DNA of 64,000 nt, taken from an uncultured bacterium (GTDB taxonomy: Bacteria; Patescibacteriota; Minisyncoccia; Phycocordibacterales; Phycocordibacteraceae). The stretch spans positions 464,682-528,681 of the forward strand of contig CAVXAH010000001.1 in the NCBI GenBank assembly GCA_963759775.1, given 5' to 3'. This document shows, in pieces, positions 7,799-16,812 of this stretch; within the stretch, counting starts at the first letter, position 1; each line of letters begins with the position of its first letter. The position numbers and the translations under genes were made by a program. The notes beneath the pieces were generated by a model that was not told the origin of the DNA, searched no databases, and worked only from the letters and a program-made list of their open reading frames with translations.

Positions 7799-8051
7799 GC
7801 CGATGTAGCTCAGTTGGTAGAGCAACTCCATGGTGGGCCGCAAGCCCTGCCCACGAAATCTGCAAGGAATTCGTGAATCCTGAATTACGGTCAATAGCTC
7901 CACAAGCCAAGACCGTGGCGCAACGTGCGCCCGAACGACTGACAAAGGTACCCCTCGCGGGTAAAGATACAGTCTAGCCCTTCTCTTCGTGGTTAGAGAG
8001 AGAAGGTGTAAGCGAAGGAGTAGGTCCCCAGTTCAATTCTGGGCATCGGCT
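7799..8051 (+). tRNA. tRNA-Thr (GGT) interrupted by a group I intron between positions 36 and 37
   Basis: 5' exon 7799-7834 GCCGATGTAGCTCAGTTGGTAGAGCAACTCCATGGT. 3' exon 8015-8051 AAGGAGTAGGTCCCCAGTTCAATTCTGGGCATCGGCT. The spliced product is a perfect 73-nt cloverleaf with anticodon loop ATGGTAA. Confidence 0.8.
7835..8014 (+). ncRNA. Group I (IC3-like) self-splicing intron, 180 nt, no internal ORF
   Basis: The 5' exon ends in U and the intron ends in G (gtaagcG|AA). A P1-like pairing GGU|GGGC with GCCC(U)GCC is possible. The AAGATACAGTCTAG core resembles the AGAUAUAGUC of cyanobacterial tRNA-Leu introns. A GAAGGTGTA 3' segment resembles the Azoarcus tRNA-Ile intron. Confidence 0.7.
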
Positions 8052-8135
8052 CAAGTTTCAAACATACTATCGTTTATCAACAGCCGACCACTTTACGGAA
8101 CCGTGAACGGTCTCCATTTGCGGTAGCATTGTTGT

Positions 8136-8591
8136 ATGCCAATCCCAAAGAAACCACGCACACCATGTCTTGCGTGTGGGAAGGAGCCATATAGATCATT
8201 TTATAAATATTGCAGTAATGTGTGCCAGCAGGAATTTCAATATCTTGCATATCTCAACCGCTGGAAGGCCGGGAAAGAAAACGGATTAAACGCGATGGGA
8301 ATAGTATCTGATCCTGTCAAAAGGTATCTTCGCAAAAAGTACGATAATAAATGTTGTCTTTGTGGATGGTCAAAAGCCAATCTTAAAACAGGCGTAGTTC
8401 CATTGGTTGCCGATCATATTGATGGTAATTGGCGAAACAATGTTGAAGAAAATCTGCGCCTCCTCTGTCCAAACTGCGATGCATTGACTCCAACCTTTTC
8501 AGCCCTTAACAGGGGGAACGGAAGACCAAGTCGAGCAATAAGCAAAAGAACTCTCGAAGCTCGTGTTCTCGCGCAAAGCAAGCGGTCGTGA
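8136..8591 (+). CDS. HNH endonuclease with an N-terminal Cys-rich region
   Basis: HNH core DHIDGNWRNNVEENLRLLCPNCD, plus CLACGK...YCSNVCQ and CCLCGW Cys clusters. TAGCAT -10 box 6 nt upstream of the ATG. Confidence 0.85.
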   Translation: MPIPKKPRTPCLACGKEPYRSFYKYCSNVCQQEFQYLAYLNRWKAGKENGLNAMGIVSDPVKRYLRKKYDNKCCLCGWSKANLKTGVVPLVADHIDGNWRNNVEENLRLLCPNCDALTPTFSALNRGNGRPSRAISKRTLEARVLAQSKRS

Positions 8592-8613
8592 TAATTTATC
8601 TGCACAATTAGTG

Positions 8614-8686
8614 GCCGCCCTAGCTCAGTTGGTAGAGCACGTCATTCGTAATGACGGGGTCCCGAGTTCAATCCTCGGGGGCGGCT
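8614..8686 (+). tRNA. tRNA-Thr (CGT)
   Basis: GCCGCCCTAGCTCAGTTGGTAGAGCACGTCATTCGTAATGACGGGGTCCCGAGTTCAATCCTCGGGGGCGGCT. Anticodon loop TTCGTAA. Confidence 0.92.
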
Positions 8687-8693
8687 CAAAAAT

Positions 8694-9386
8694 ATGGAAA
8701 TTACAACAACAAACACTCTAGATGAAGTAGCGTCCCGGCGCGAAGGGCGCCGCGATGCATTCAAGAATCTTGCTTTTATTTTGATTGCCGTTGGGGCGGC
8801 ATATGTTGTCACGGTTTCAATCGGTGTTGAGGGGCTTCAGCATTTAGTGGAAAGGGCGGGCGTGTGGGGCTTGGTCGCCGTCATTCTCCTCAAGATGACG
8901 ACCATCATTGTGGTGCCGCTCTCGGGTGGTCCTATATACGCAATTGCAGGTGCGGCGTTTGGTTTTTGGCAGGGACTCGGTATCACATTTATCGGCGACG
9001 TGCTTGGTTTTTCTGTCGCATTCTACCTGAGCCGTTTCTTTGGAAGGCCAATTATTAATGTGTTTGTGCCACAGTCACAGTCTGCTTTTATAGAGAAAAT
9101 GCTCATTCAGGGCTCTGAGCTCAAATCATTCCTCAAGGCACGTCTCGCATTTACAGGCTTTCCTGAAGTCTTTGCATACGCGGCAGGCCTTACCAAGGTT
9201 TCATTTCCGGTTTTCATAGCTGCTCAAATGGCGCTCCACACACCAGTTACGGCTCTCGTAGTCTTGTTTGGAAATGCACTCCTCACCGGCAACCCATTGT
9301 TCTTTGCTACTGCGGCCGTTGCCGCTATTCTCCTTGCGGTAGTCGGCGGGTGGTGGTTTAAGCGCGACCTTACGCAGGAAGCCTAA
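8694..9386 (+). CDS. TVP38/TMEM64 (DedA/VTT-domain) family membrane protein
   Basis: VPLSGGPIYAIAGAAFGFWQGLGITFIGDVLGFSVAFYLSRFFGRP is the VTT-domain signature. Polytopic membrane protein. Confidence 0.8.
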   Translation: MEITTTNTLDEVASRREGRRDAFKNLAFILIAVGAAYVVTVSIGVEGLQHLVERAGVWGLVAVILLKMTTIIVVPLSGGPIYAIAGAAFGFWQGLGITFIGDVLGFSVAFYLSRFFGRPIINVFVPQSQSAFIEKMLIQGSELKSFLKARLAFTGFPEVFAYAAGLTKVSFPVFIAAQMALHTPVTALVVLFGNALLTGNPLFFATAAVAAILLAVVGGWWFKRDLTQEA

Positions 9387-9404
9387 ATTCCGTATACTCG
9401 TTCT

Positions 9405-10280
9405 ATGGAAGGGAACGAGAAACGACTCGCAGAGCTTGAAGCGCAAATGGGAGCGTCTGATTTTTGGGCAGACAAGGACGCCGCACAGAAGCTTGTGCGC
9501 GAATATCAAACTCTTAAAGAAGGGGGTGGCGAAGGGCACGACAGCGGCCACGCAACGCTCGCCATCCTCGCGGGTGCCGGCGGAGACGATGCCGAAGACT
9601 TCGCGCGCATGCTGCGCCGCATGTATGAGGGACATGCGGCGCAGAAGGGCTGGGGCGTGCGCGAACTTCATGCAAACGAAAACGACCACGGCGGCTACCG
9701 AAACCTCGTTCTTGAGTTTACGGGCGCAGGTGTGTACGGCCGCTTGAAGCACGAGTCAGGCGTGCATCGCCTGGTGCGCATCTCTCCATTTAACGCAAAC
9801 GCGAAGCGTCAAACTTCCTTTGCTCTGGTGGAAGTATTGCCGACTCTGATGCCAACCGACAAAGTGGAGCTCAGTCCGGACGATATTGAGATGACGTTTG
9901 CAAAAGCTGGAGGCGCCGGTGGGCAAAATGTGAACAAGCGCGAGACCGCCGTGCGTATTCTCCATAAACCGACCAATCTTTCAGTGCACGTCTCAAGCGA
10001 GCGTTCACAGCAGGCGAACCGTGAAAAGGCATTAGACCTTTTGAAAGCAAAGATTTTTGCGCAAAGAGAGGCGGAGCGGCAGGCGGTGGCCGAAGGCCGT
10101 TCAATTGCAAAAACCACGGCAAACGAGTGGGGAAGCCAAATCCGCTCGTACGTTCTCCATCCCTATAAAATGGTGAAAGACCACCGTACCGGCCACGAGT
10201 CCGGCAATCCAGACAAAGTGCTTGAAGGCGACCTCGATGGTTTCATAGACGCCACACATGCGGTGGGGCACGCCCCGTAG
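9405..10280 (+). CDS. prfB: Peptide chain release factor 2, short form (291 aa); no frameshift site seen
   Basis: SPF tripeptide ([16 protein letters not shown]), GGQ motif ([17 protein letters not shown]), [11 protein letters not shown]. The N-terminal domain is much shorter than in the 365-aa E. coli RF2. Confidence 0.9.
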   Translation: MEGNEKRLAELEAQMGASDFWADKDAAQKLVREYQTLKEGGGEGHDSGHATLAILAGAGGDDAEDFARMLRRMYEGHAAQKGWGVRELHANENDHGGYRNLVLEFTGAGVYGRLKHESGVHRLVRISPFNANAKRQTSFALVEVLPTLMPTDKVELSPDDIEMTFAKAGGAGGQNVNKRETAVRILHKPTNLSVHVSSERSQQANREKALDLLKAKIFAQREAERQAVAEGRSIAKTTANEWGSQIRSYVLHPYKMVKDHRTGHESGNPDKVLEGDLDGFIDATHAVGHAP

Positions 10281-10391
10281 CAACTTCTACCAACCTCTCG
10301 GTCCTAACTAGAAAGACATCAGTCGACAGGCTCAATATTTGAGAGGATGCACACTTTGAAAGAAGTTTGGTACGGGGTAGAATAGTGAGCG

Positions 10392-11069
10392 ATGATTTAT
10401 TTCGACAAGGTGACGAAGCGCTACGGAGGGACCTCCGCGCTTGAAGAAGTCACGCTCGCGATCGCGCCCAAAGAATTCGTCTCTATCGTCGGCCACTCGG
10501 GCGCCGGAAAAACGACCCTCCTGAAGCTTCTTCTTGCAGAAGAAAGACCGACCGAAGGCTCAGTTTCTTTTGAGTCTATAAATGTGCATGATTTGCCCAC
10601 CTCTGCGCTCCATTTCTATCGCCGCAAGATAGGTACCGTCTTTCAGGACTTTCGCCTCATCCCAAACAAGACCGCCTACGAGAACATTGCTTTTGCCATG
10701 GAAGCGGCAGGTCGGAAAGACAATGAAATTAGGAGCGACGTGCCGTACATTTTGGACCTCGTAAATTTGGGCGACAAAGCGCACAATTTTCCCGCACAGC
10801 TTTCAGGTGGTGAGAAACAGCGCGTTGCTATTGGTCGCGCCATCATCAACCAGCCGGACTTGATTGTCGCAGACGAGCCGACAGGAAACCTGGACCCCAT
10901 AAACACCTACGAGATTGTAGAGATTTTGAAAAAGATAAATGAGCTCGGAACCACCATTCTCATCACCACCCACAACAAGGGCGTGGTAGATGCCGTTGGG
11001 AAACGCGTTATCACGATGGATCGAGGGAAGATTGTGAGGGACGACGCATCAGGTAAATATTCGCTATGA
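10392..11069 (+). CDS. ftsE: Cell division ATP-binding protein FtsE
   Basis: Walker [10 protein letters not shown], signature [14 protein letters not shown], Walker [13 protein letters not shown]. Followed by ftsX. Confidence 0.9.
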   Translation: MIYFDKVTKRYGGTSALEEVTLAIAPKEFVSIVGHSGAGKTTLLKLLLAEERPTEGSVSFESINVHDLPTSALHFYRRKIGTVFQDFRLIPNKTAYENIAFAMEAAGRKDNEIRSDVPYILDLVNLGDKAHNFPAQLSGGEKQRVAIGRAIINQPDLIVADEPTGNLDPINTYEIVEILKKINELGTTILITTHNKGVVDAVGKRVITMDRGKIVRDDASGKYSL

Positions 11070-11103
11070 AAACAGCGGGAAGAGCGCCTGGTAGAATGCC
11101 TAT

Positions 11104-12027
11104 ATGTGGATGACGATTAAGCGAATGTCGGGGGCAGGGTGGAAAAACTTCACCCGCGGCGGCGCAGTCTCGGTCGCGACGGTGCTTATTATGACTGTGA
11201 CACTCGCTATCCTCGGTGCTTTGATTTTCCTTTCCGCACTTCTCAACTTCACGTTGAATGCTATTCGCGACAAAGTAGATGTGTCGGTGTATTTCGTTAC
11301 CACCGCGACCGAACCAGAGATTTTTTCACTCAAGAGCACTCTTGAAGGCCTTCCGCAGGTTAAGGAAGTGGCCTACACCTCGCGTGAACAAGCACTTATT
11401 AATTTCCGTACGCGCCACGAGAGCGACCAGCTCACGCTCCAGGCACTTGAAGAGCTTGGTGAGAACCCACTTGCCGCTTCACTTGAGGTTCGAGCGAAGA
11501 ATCCGTCTGAGTACGAAAGCATTGTAAATTTTCTTGAAGCAACACCCGCACTTTCCTCTGACGGCGCATCTATCATTGACCGCGTTAACTACCAGCAAAA
11601 CAAAGACGCGATTGACCGACTCTCACTTGCGATTACGGCAACGAAAAATATTGGGATTGCGGTCGTGCTCTTGTTTGCAATAGCTTCTATTTTAATCGCC
11701 TTTGCCACGATACGTCTTGCGATTTACACCGCAAAGGACGAAATCGCGGTCATGCAGCTTGTGGGTGCGAGTGGTTCGTATGTACGCGGACCCTTTGTCG
11801 TCGCGGGCATCATCACCGGAGCACTCGCTTCGCTCGTGGTCATCGCATTCCTTTTCCCAACGCTTTGGTATGTTGGCACGAAGACTGTGGGATGGTTTGG
11901 AGGCTTTGAGCTCTTTGGGTACTACCGCGCCAACTTCGCATACATTTTCTTGATGCTTCTGGTGTCGGGAGTGGTGCTGGGAGCGCTTGCGTCGTTGCTC
12001 GCCATCAGGCGCTACCTTAAGGTGTAG
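11104..12027 (+). CDS. ftsX: Cell division permease-like protein FtsX
   Basis: N-terminal TM, an extracellular domain (VYFVTTATEPEIFSLKSTLEGLPQVKEVAYTSREQAL) and 3 C-terminal TM segments. Adjacent to ftsE. Confidence 0.85.
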   Translation: MWMTIKRMSGAGWKNFTRGGAVSVATVLIMTVTLAILGALIFLSALLNFTLNAIRDKVDVSVYFVTTATEPEIFSLKSTLEGLPQVKEVAYTSREQALINFRTRHESDQLTLQALEELGENPLAASLEVRAKNPSEYESIVNFLEATPALSSDGASIIDRVNYQQNKDAIDRLSLAITATKNIGIAVVLLFAIASILIAFATIRLAIYTAKDEIAVMQLVGASGSYVRGPFVVAGIITGALASLVVIAFLFPTLWYVGTKTVGWFGGFELFGYYRANFAYIFLMLLVSGVVLGALASLLAIRRYLKV

Positions 12028-12055
12028 GTATGGCCCGACACACTACAAAGGCGTT

Positions 12056-12084
12056 GACCACCACACTGCTGCAGTGTGGTGGTC
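12056..12084 (+). terminator. Hairpin after ftsX
   Basis: gaccaccacactg-ctg-cagtgtggtggtc (13-bp arms) followed by gttgtgt. Confidence 0.5.
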
Positions 12085-12178
12085 GTTGTGTCAAAGGTCG
12101 AGATGCGGCGCTATTGTTTGATGCGGTTGCAAGATTTAGAAATCTAAAAGGCGAACGACGCCTTTTAGTGTGACGGGT

Positions 12179-13831
12179 ATGGCGTCGAAAGGACACAAAT
12201 ACATATTCGTTCTCGGAGGTGTGATGAGCGGTGTCGGCAAGGGTGTAGCGGCTTCTTCTATAGGTCTCCTGCTTCAGGAGAAGGGATATCCGGTCAACTT
12301 GGTAAAGATTGACCCGTATTTAAATGTGGACGCGGGGACCATGAACCCGACCGAACACGGAGAGGTCTTCGTGCTCCAGTCTGGGCTTGAGACCGACCAA
12401 GACATGGGCAACTATGAGCGATTCCTCAATCGCGATCTCACAAATGAGGACTATATGACTTCCGGTATGGTGTACCAGTCGGTTATTGAAAGAGAGCGCG
12501 CGCTTCACTACAAAGGCAAGTGCGTGGAGGCTATCCCGCACGTGCGGGACGAAATCCTTCGCCGGATTGATGCCGCGGCTACCTACAACGGTAGCCGCGT
12601 TTCCGTTATTGAGGTCGGCGGCACAATAGGCGACTTCCAAAACGCACTTTTCATTGAGGCGGCACGCGTTCTCAAGATGAAGCATCCAGACGACGTACTC
12701 TTTATGATGGTGTCGTACCTTCCGGTGCCGGGCACCTTGGGTGAAATGAAGACGAAGCCCACCCAATCAGCGGTGCGCGCCTTGAACTCATACGGCGTCC
12801 AGCCGGACTTCATCATTGCGCGTTCAAAGCATCCTATGGACGAGAAGCGCAAAGAAAAGCTCGCTATTTGGTGCAATGTGCGCGCCGATCACATTATTTC
12901 CGCTCCCGACGTGGGGAGCATTTACGAAGTCCCTGTCAACTTTGAGAAAGACGGGCTCGCGGGCATTCTTCTCAAAGCACTCAATTTAACCTCTAAGAAA
13001 TCCGCAGGGCTTTCTGCGTGGAAGAAGTTTGTACGAGCTGTGCAAAATAAGAAAGCGCCAGAGATTTCCGTTGCCGTGGTTGGTAAATATTTTGATACGG
13101 GAGACTTCGTGCTTTCCGATGCATATCTTTCGGTCATTGAGGCGATTAAGTTTTCCGCCGCGGCAATCGGCAAGCAGGCAAAAATCACGTGGGTGAATGC
13201 TAAAGACTTTGAAAAAGGAAAACCAGTTTCAATGTTGGGAGAGTTTGATGGCATCCTTGTCCCGGGCGGTTTTGGTGAGACGGGTATTGAAGGGAAGATC
13301 AAAGCGATTGAGTACGCACGCACGCACCAGATTCCGTACTTCGGACTTTGCTACGGCATGCAGCTCATGGTCGTGGAATACGCGCGCCACGTTGCAAAGC
13401 TCAAAGGTGCTCATACCAGTGAGATTGCAAGTGGCTCGCCGCACCCAGTGGTGGCGGTGATGGAAGACCAGAAAGAGAAGATAGAGAAAGAGAAGTATGG
13501 CGGCACGATGCGCCTTGGGGTGTACCCGTGCCGCCTTAAAAAGGGAAGCATTGCGCGCGAAGCGTACAAGAAAGAGAGCGTCGAGGAACGCCATCGCCAT
13601 CGCTACGAGATAAATCCAAAATACATTCCTCAGCTTGAAAAAGCGGGTCTCGTTTTCTCCGGCACCTCCCCGAGCGGTGTGCTTATGGAAATAGCCGAGC
13701 TTCCAAAGTCCGCACATCCTTTTATGCTCGGTACGCAGTTCCACCCCGAGCTTCGAGCACGCCCCCTTGCCCCGCATCCGTTGTTTACTGAATTCCTCAA
13801 AGCCGCCGCCCTCCAAAAGAAAAAGAAATAG
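12179..13831 (+). CDS. pyrG: CTP synthase
   Basis: N-terminus KYIFVLGGVMSGVGKG, glutamine amidotransferase domain GILVPGGFG...PYFGLCYGMQ...QFHPE. ATG 12179 is preferred over the upstream GTG 12170. Confidence 0.92.
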   Translation: MASKGHKYIFVLGGVMSGVGKGVAASSIGLLLQEKGYPVNLVKIDPYLNVDAGTMNPTEHGEVFVLQSGLETDQDMGNYERFLNRDLTNEDYMTSGMVYQSVIERERALHYKGKCVEAIPHVRDEILRRIDAAATYNGSRVSVIEVGGTIGDFQNALFIEAARVLKMKHPDDVLFMMVSYLPVPGTLGEMKTKPTQSAVRALNSYGVQPDFIIARSKHPMDEKRKEKLAIWCNVRADHIISAPDVGSIYEVPVNFEKDGLAGILLKALNLTSKKSAGLSAWKKFVRAVQNKKAPEISVAVVGKYFDTGDFVLSDAYLSVIEAIKFSAAAIGKQAKITWVNAKDFEKGKPVSMLGEFDGILVPGGFGETGIEGKIKAIEYARTHQIPYFGLCYGMQLMVVEYARHVAKLKGAHTSEIASGSPHPVVAVMEDQKEKIEKEKYGGTMRLGVYPCRLKKGSIAREAYKKESVEERHRHRYEINPKYIPQLEKAGLVFSGTSPSGVLMEIAELPKSAHPFMLGTQFHPELRARPLAPHPLFTEFLKAAALQKKKK

Positions 13832-13877
13832 CAGTTGGTTGTTATCAATAGGTAACATATGTTACTATACGAAAATC

Positions 13878-14132
13878 ATGAGCAAAAACCTGTACTCTAC
13901 GGCAGAAGCAGCAAAAATACTCCGTTTAAGCCGAATTGAAGTGTTCAGGAAAATTCGAGCAGGAAAGATACAGGCCGAGAAGATTGGGCGTAATTACGTC
14001 ATTCCGCATGAGTCTCTCGTTGAGCTTCTTGGTCAAACGATCGGACCGCGCCGAAAAGAGAAGATAGAGAAGGCGGTTGACCAGGCACTCGCCGAATACG
14101 GAGAGACGTTCAGAAAGTTGAGTAAAGAATGA
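13878..14132 (+). CDS. Excisionase-family helix-turn-helix DNA-binding protein; putative antitoxin of the Doc pair
   Basis: MSKNLYSTAEAAKILRLSRIEVFRKIRAGKIQAEKIGRNYVIP is an HTH_17-type motif. ATGA overlap with the downstream Doc gene. TACTAT box 9 nt upstream of the ATG. Confidence 0.7.
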   Translation: MSKNLYSTAEAAKILRLSRIEVFRKIRAGKIQAEKIGRNYVIPHESLVELLGQTIGPRRKEKIEKAVDQALAEYGETFRKLSKE

Positions 14133-14557
14133 AAACGAGGAGTATCACCGTTGCCGAGATCGAATATGTGGCGTTCTCGCTCGCGCGGGAACTTCTCATT
14201 TGGGACGAACCGATTCCCGATTTTGGAAGCCGTTTTCCAAACATACTTGAAAGTTGTATTCAAACTCCATTTGGGCGATTCAATCGCAAGGATTTATATC
14301 GAGGAATGGTTGGCAAAGCAAGTATCTTGTTTTACCTCCTCATTAAAAACCACCCGTTTCAAAATGGAAATAAGCGTATTGCCGTCATGAGCCTGCTTTA
14401 CTTCCTTTCCAAAAATGACAAATGGATACGAATGAGCAACATCAATCTCTACAACCTCGCAAAAGAAATTGCGGCTAGCAAACCGACAGAAAGAGAGTCA
14501 GTCATTGTTCGCATACAAAAGGTCGTAAAGGAGCATCTCACGGACGCAAAGGTTTGA
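14129..14557 (+). CDS. Fic/Doc family toxin (death-on-curing type)
   Basis: Doc motif HPFQNGNKRIA. 142 aa. Confidence 0.8.
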   Translation: MKTRSITVAEIEYVAFSLARELLIWDEPIPDFGSRFPNILESCIQTPFGRFNRKDLYRGMVGKASILFYLLIKNHPFQNGNKRIAVMSLLYFLSKNDKWIRMSNINLYNLAKEIAASKPTERESVIVRIQKVVKEHLTDAKV

Positions 14558-14588
14558 ATTACTCGTCTTTTTCAAGTATTGTCTCTGT

Positions 14589-14612
14589 ACCACGCTACTC
14601 CTGTAGCGTGGT
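14589..14612 (+). terminator. Hairpin after the doc gene
   Basis: accacgcta-ctcctg-tagcgtggt (9 bp). Confidence 0.4.
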
Positions 14613-14614
14613 AT

Positions 14615-14685
14615 TGCCGGCTCGTCTAATGGTAGGACACATCCCTCTGGAGGATGGTATTGGGGTTCGAGTCCCTGGCTGGCAG
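14615..14685 (+). tRNA. tRNA-Gln (CTG)
   Basis: TGCCGGCTCGTCTAATGGTAGGACACATCCCTCTGGAGGATGGTATTGGGGTTCGAGTCCCTGGCTGGCAG. The U1-A72 pair is typical of tRNA-Gln. Anticodon loop CTCTGGA. Confidence 0.9.
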
Positions 14686-14770
14686 CAGTCTAGTTTAGTA
14701 TCGAAGGACCGGGTCTGCATCTTGTGATAAACGTATTGGTTACTGATGGCCAGTCAAGGGCGACCGAGAC

Positions 14771-14793
14771 GGTTCGAATCCCCAGCAGGCGGC
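14771..14793 (+). repeat. Degenerate copy of a tRNA T-arm/acceptor 3' segment (tRNA-Gln-like); not a foldable tRNA
   Basis: GGTTCGAATCCCCAGCAGGCGGC versus the tRNA-Gln GGTTCGAGTCCCTGGCTGGCAGC. No complementary 5' acceptor strand was found. Confidence 0.45.
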
Positions 14794-14808
14794 GGGTGCC
14801 AACTCGTG

Positions 14809-16812
14809 CTAGGTTCTCGCGCGCAAGGCGGGTCGAACGGAATCAGGATATGGGAAAGTGAGGGTGAAGGTGCTGCCCTTGCCAAGTATACTTTCGGCCG
14901 TAGCGCTCCCGCCATGCCGTTCCATGATTTGCTTGACGAGTGCGAGTCCGAGCCCGTTCCCCGAGGCGTCATACGGGACGTTTTTGCCGCGGTAGAAACG
15001 ATCAAAGATGTGGGGTAAATCGGTTTTTGAAATGCCGATACCTGAATCCTGTATACGGAGCACAATTCCTTTTGGTGAAGTGTCGACAAGAAACGCCACC
15101 TTTTTTTCTTTGTCATCCTTCATGTATTTAAGCGCATTACTTCCTATGTTCATGATCGCGTCGCTCACATGTTTCTCATTACCACATATGAAGAGGTCAG
15201 GTGGAATTTTAGTCCTGACAGAAATTCCCAGAGGGCTAGCGATGATCCGTATCTCTTCGCAGATATCTTTGAGAAGGGCAGAAAAATCAAGACGGGCGTG
15301 CGCCTTTGCTTTTGTGGTCTGCTCAAGGTGCGAAAGAGCAAGCAGGTCGTACATAAATCGTGAAATAGCATGAAGTGTCTCTTCAAGAGGATGTATTTCT
15401 GCATTATGAAGTACCGAGCGTTTCGCCCGTTCAATTTTTGTCTGGAGTATTGCAAGTGATGTCTGGAGGCCATGCGAGAGATCCACAATGGTTTGATGTT
15501 CGTGTTCTTGCGCGAGGCGAAGCTCTTTTGTACGTTCTTGAACCATACGTGTAAGCTCACGAGCATGACGTTTTGTTTCCTGGTAGAGCCGTGCACGCGA
15601 GAGAGCTGTTGCGGCCTGACAAGCGAAGGTAGTAAGGAGTCGTAAATCTTTCTCCTGATATTCGTCGCCGGAACGTTTCCTCCCCACCTCGATGACACCA
15701 ATGCGTTTTCCATCGAGCACAATTGGCACAGAGGGTGTTACTCGGCCCCCTTCTTGTATAAACGCATCGGGTTCTATGAGTTTGATGTGCACTGATTCCG
15801 CGCGGAAAATTGTCTTCAGATATATTTCTGCCGAAGCAACCAGGTTATCAAACTCTATGTTTGTGTAAACGATATGGCTTAACGACTCAAGGGCGGTGGA
15901 ATATTCATAGGCGCCCTTGAAAAAGAATCGATCCGTTTTTTGGCGAAAAAAACTTTCAAGTCGCGGAACGGTAAAAATACCAATAATCATAATAATCGCC
16001 GCGCTTACCGGTATGGCAACTGGAAGATGGGGGCCGAGGAACAATTCTGCAAGGAGGAGAACGCACATGTAGCAAACGACAATAGTTGCGATGAGAAGGG
16101 AATAGACGACACCAAGCTGGATAACGATACGAACATCAAGCAGGCGATGCCGCAAGATGGCGTACGCCGAGCACCCAAGCATGAAAACTGAGAATTGAGG
16201 CCCAACATTGTAGAGGTGTACAACGCCAAAAAGAGGAAGTATGACATCGAACATTAACCCGCCGAGAATAGTACCGATAAATCCGATTCCCATATAAATA
16301 CTCTGAAGTCTCCTTGTTAGATCAACAAAGTGGTATGCACGCCAGATTCTTAAAAAGCCATATGAAAGTGCCACAAGAATGAATAGCGACGCAAACAAAT
16401 ACAGGGGACCAGGCTCTATCTGAGCTGGTTGTCCCGGTGGAAAGGAGACACCCGCGACGCTATACGAAGAAAAAGCTCCAAGAAGAAAGAGTCCCGCTGG
16501 AGATAGATATATCAGACGCCAGAGCCGTGAAATCGTACCGGTCAAAAAGATTTCTATAAACCACAAACAAAAGCCGACCACAAGCAATCCGGAAACGGCG
16601 GCAAAACCGCTCGCAAAAACGAGCGTATCTACGTGCACGGCAAAATCGGCTAAGACATTGAATCCAAGCCAGGCGCTCGTGGCGAGCATCATGCTGGCAA
16701 GACTGGTAGCGAGCGGATCTCCCCATTTTTTATAAAAAAGAAAAACCGCAGCGCTCACTATGAAAAAAGTAAGCGTTGCGGCTGTGTAGCTAAAGAAAAA
16801 CATACTATGCAT
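14809..16812 (-). CDS. Polytopic sensor histidine kinase (about 8 TM + GAF + HisKA + HATPase_c)
   Basis: Long hydrophobic N-terminal half, a GAF-like segment (VPIVLDGKRIGVIEVGRKRSGDEYQEKDLRLLTTFACQAATALSRARLY), then DSGIGI and GNGLGLALVKQIMERHGG. Confidence 0.85.
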   Translation of the reverse strand: MHSMFFFSYTAATLTFFIVSAAVFLFYKKWGDPLATSLASMMLATSAWLGFNVLADFAVHVDTLVFASGFAAVSGLLVVGFCLWFIEIFLTGTISRLWRLIYLSPAGLFLLGAFSSYSVAGVSFPPGQPAQIEPGPLYLFASLFILVALSYGFLRIWRAYHFVDLTRRLQSIYMGIGFIGTILGGLMFDVILPLFGVVHLYNVGPQFSVFMLGCSAYAILRHRLLDVRIVIQLGVVYSLLIATIVVCYMCVLLLAELFLGPHLPVAIPVSAAIIMIIGIFTVPRLESFFRQKTDRFFFKGAYEYSTALESLSHIVYTNIEFDNLVASAEIYLKTIFRAESVHIKLIEPDAFIQEGGRVTPSVPIVLDGKRIGVIEVGRKRSGDEYQEKDLRLLTTFACQAATALSRARLYQETKRHARELTRMVQERTKELRLAQEHEHQTIVDLSHGLQTSLAILQTKIERAKRSVLHNAEIHPLEETLHAISRFMYDLLALSHLEQTTKAKAHARLDFSALLKDICEEIRIIASPLGISVRTKIPPDLFICGNEKHVSDAIMNIGSNALKYMKDDKEKKVAFLVDTSPKGIVLRIQDSGIGISKTDLPHIFDRFYRGKNVPYDASGNGLGLALVKQIMERHGGSATAESILGKGSTFTLTFPYPDSVRPALRART

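Noticed and set aside
13229-13858. A 209-aa minus-strand ORF, together with 12320-12766 and 12922-13323.
   Set aside because: These are antisense to pyrG, whose identity is unambiguous.
14686-14808. A possible sixth tRNA suggested by GGTTCGAATCC.
   Set aside because: The T-stem cannot pair (GACGG versus CCCCA) and no complementary 5' acceptor strand exists upstream. I report it only as a tRNA-derived fragment.
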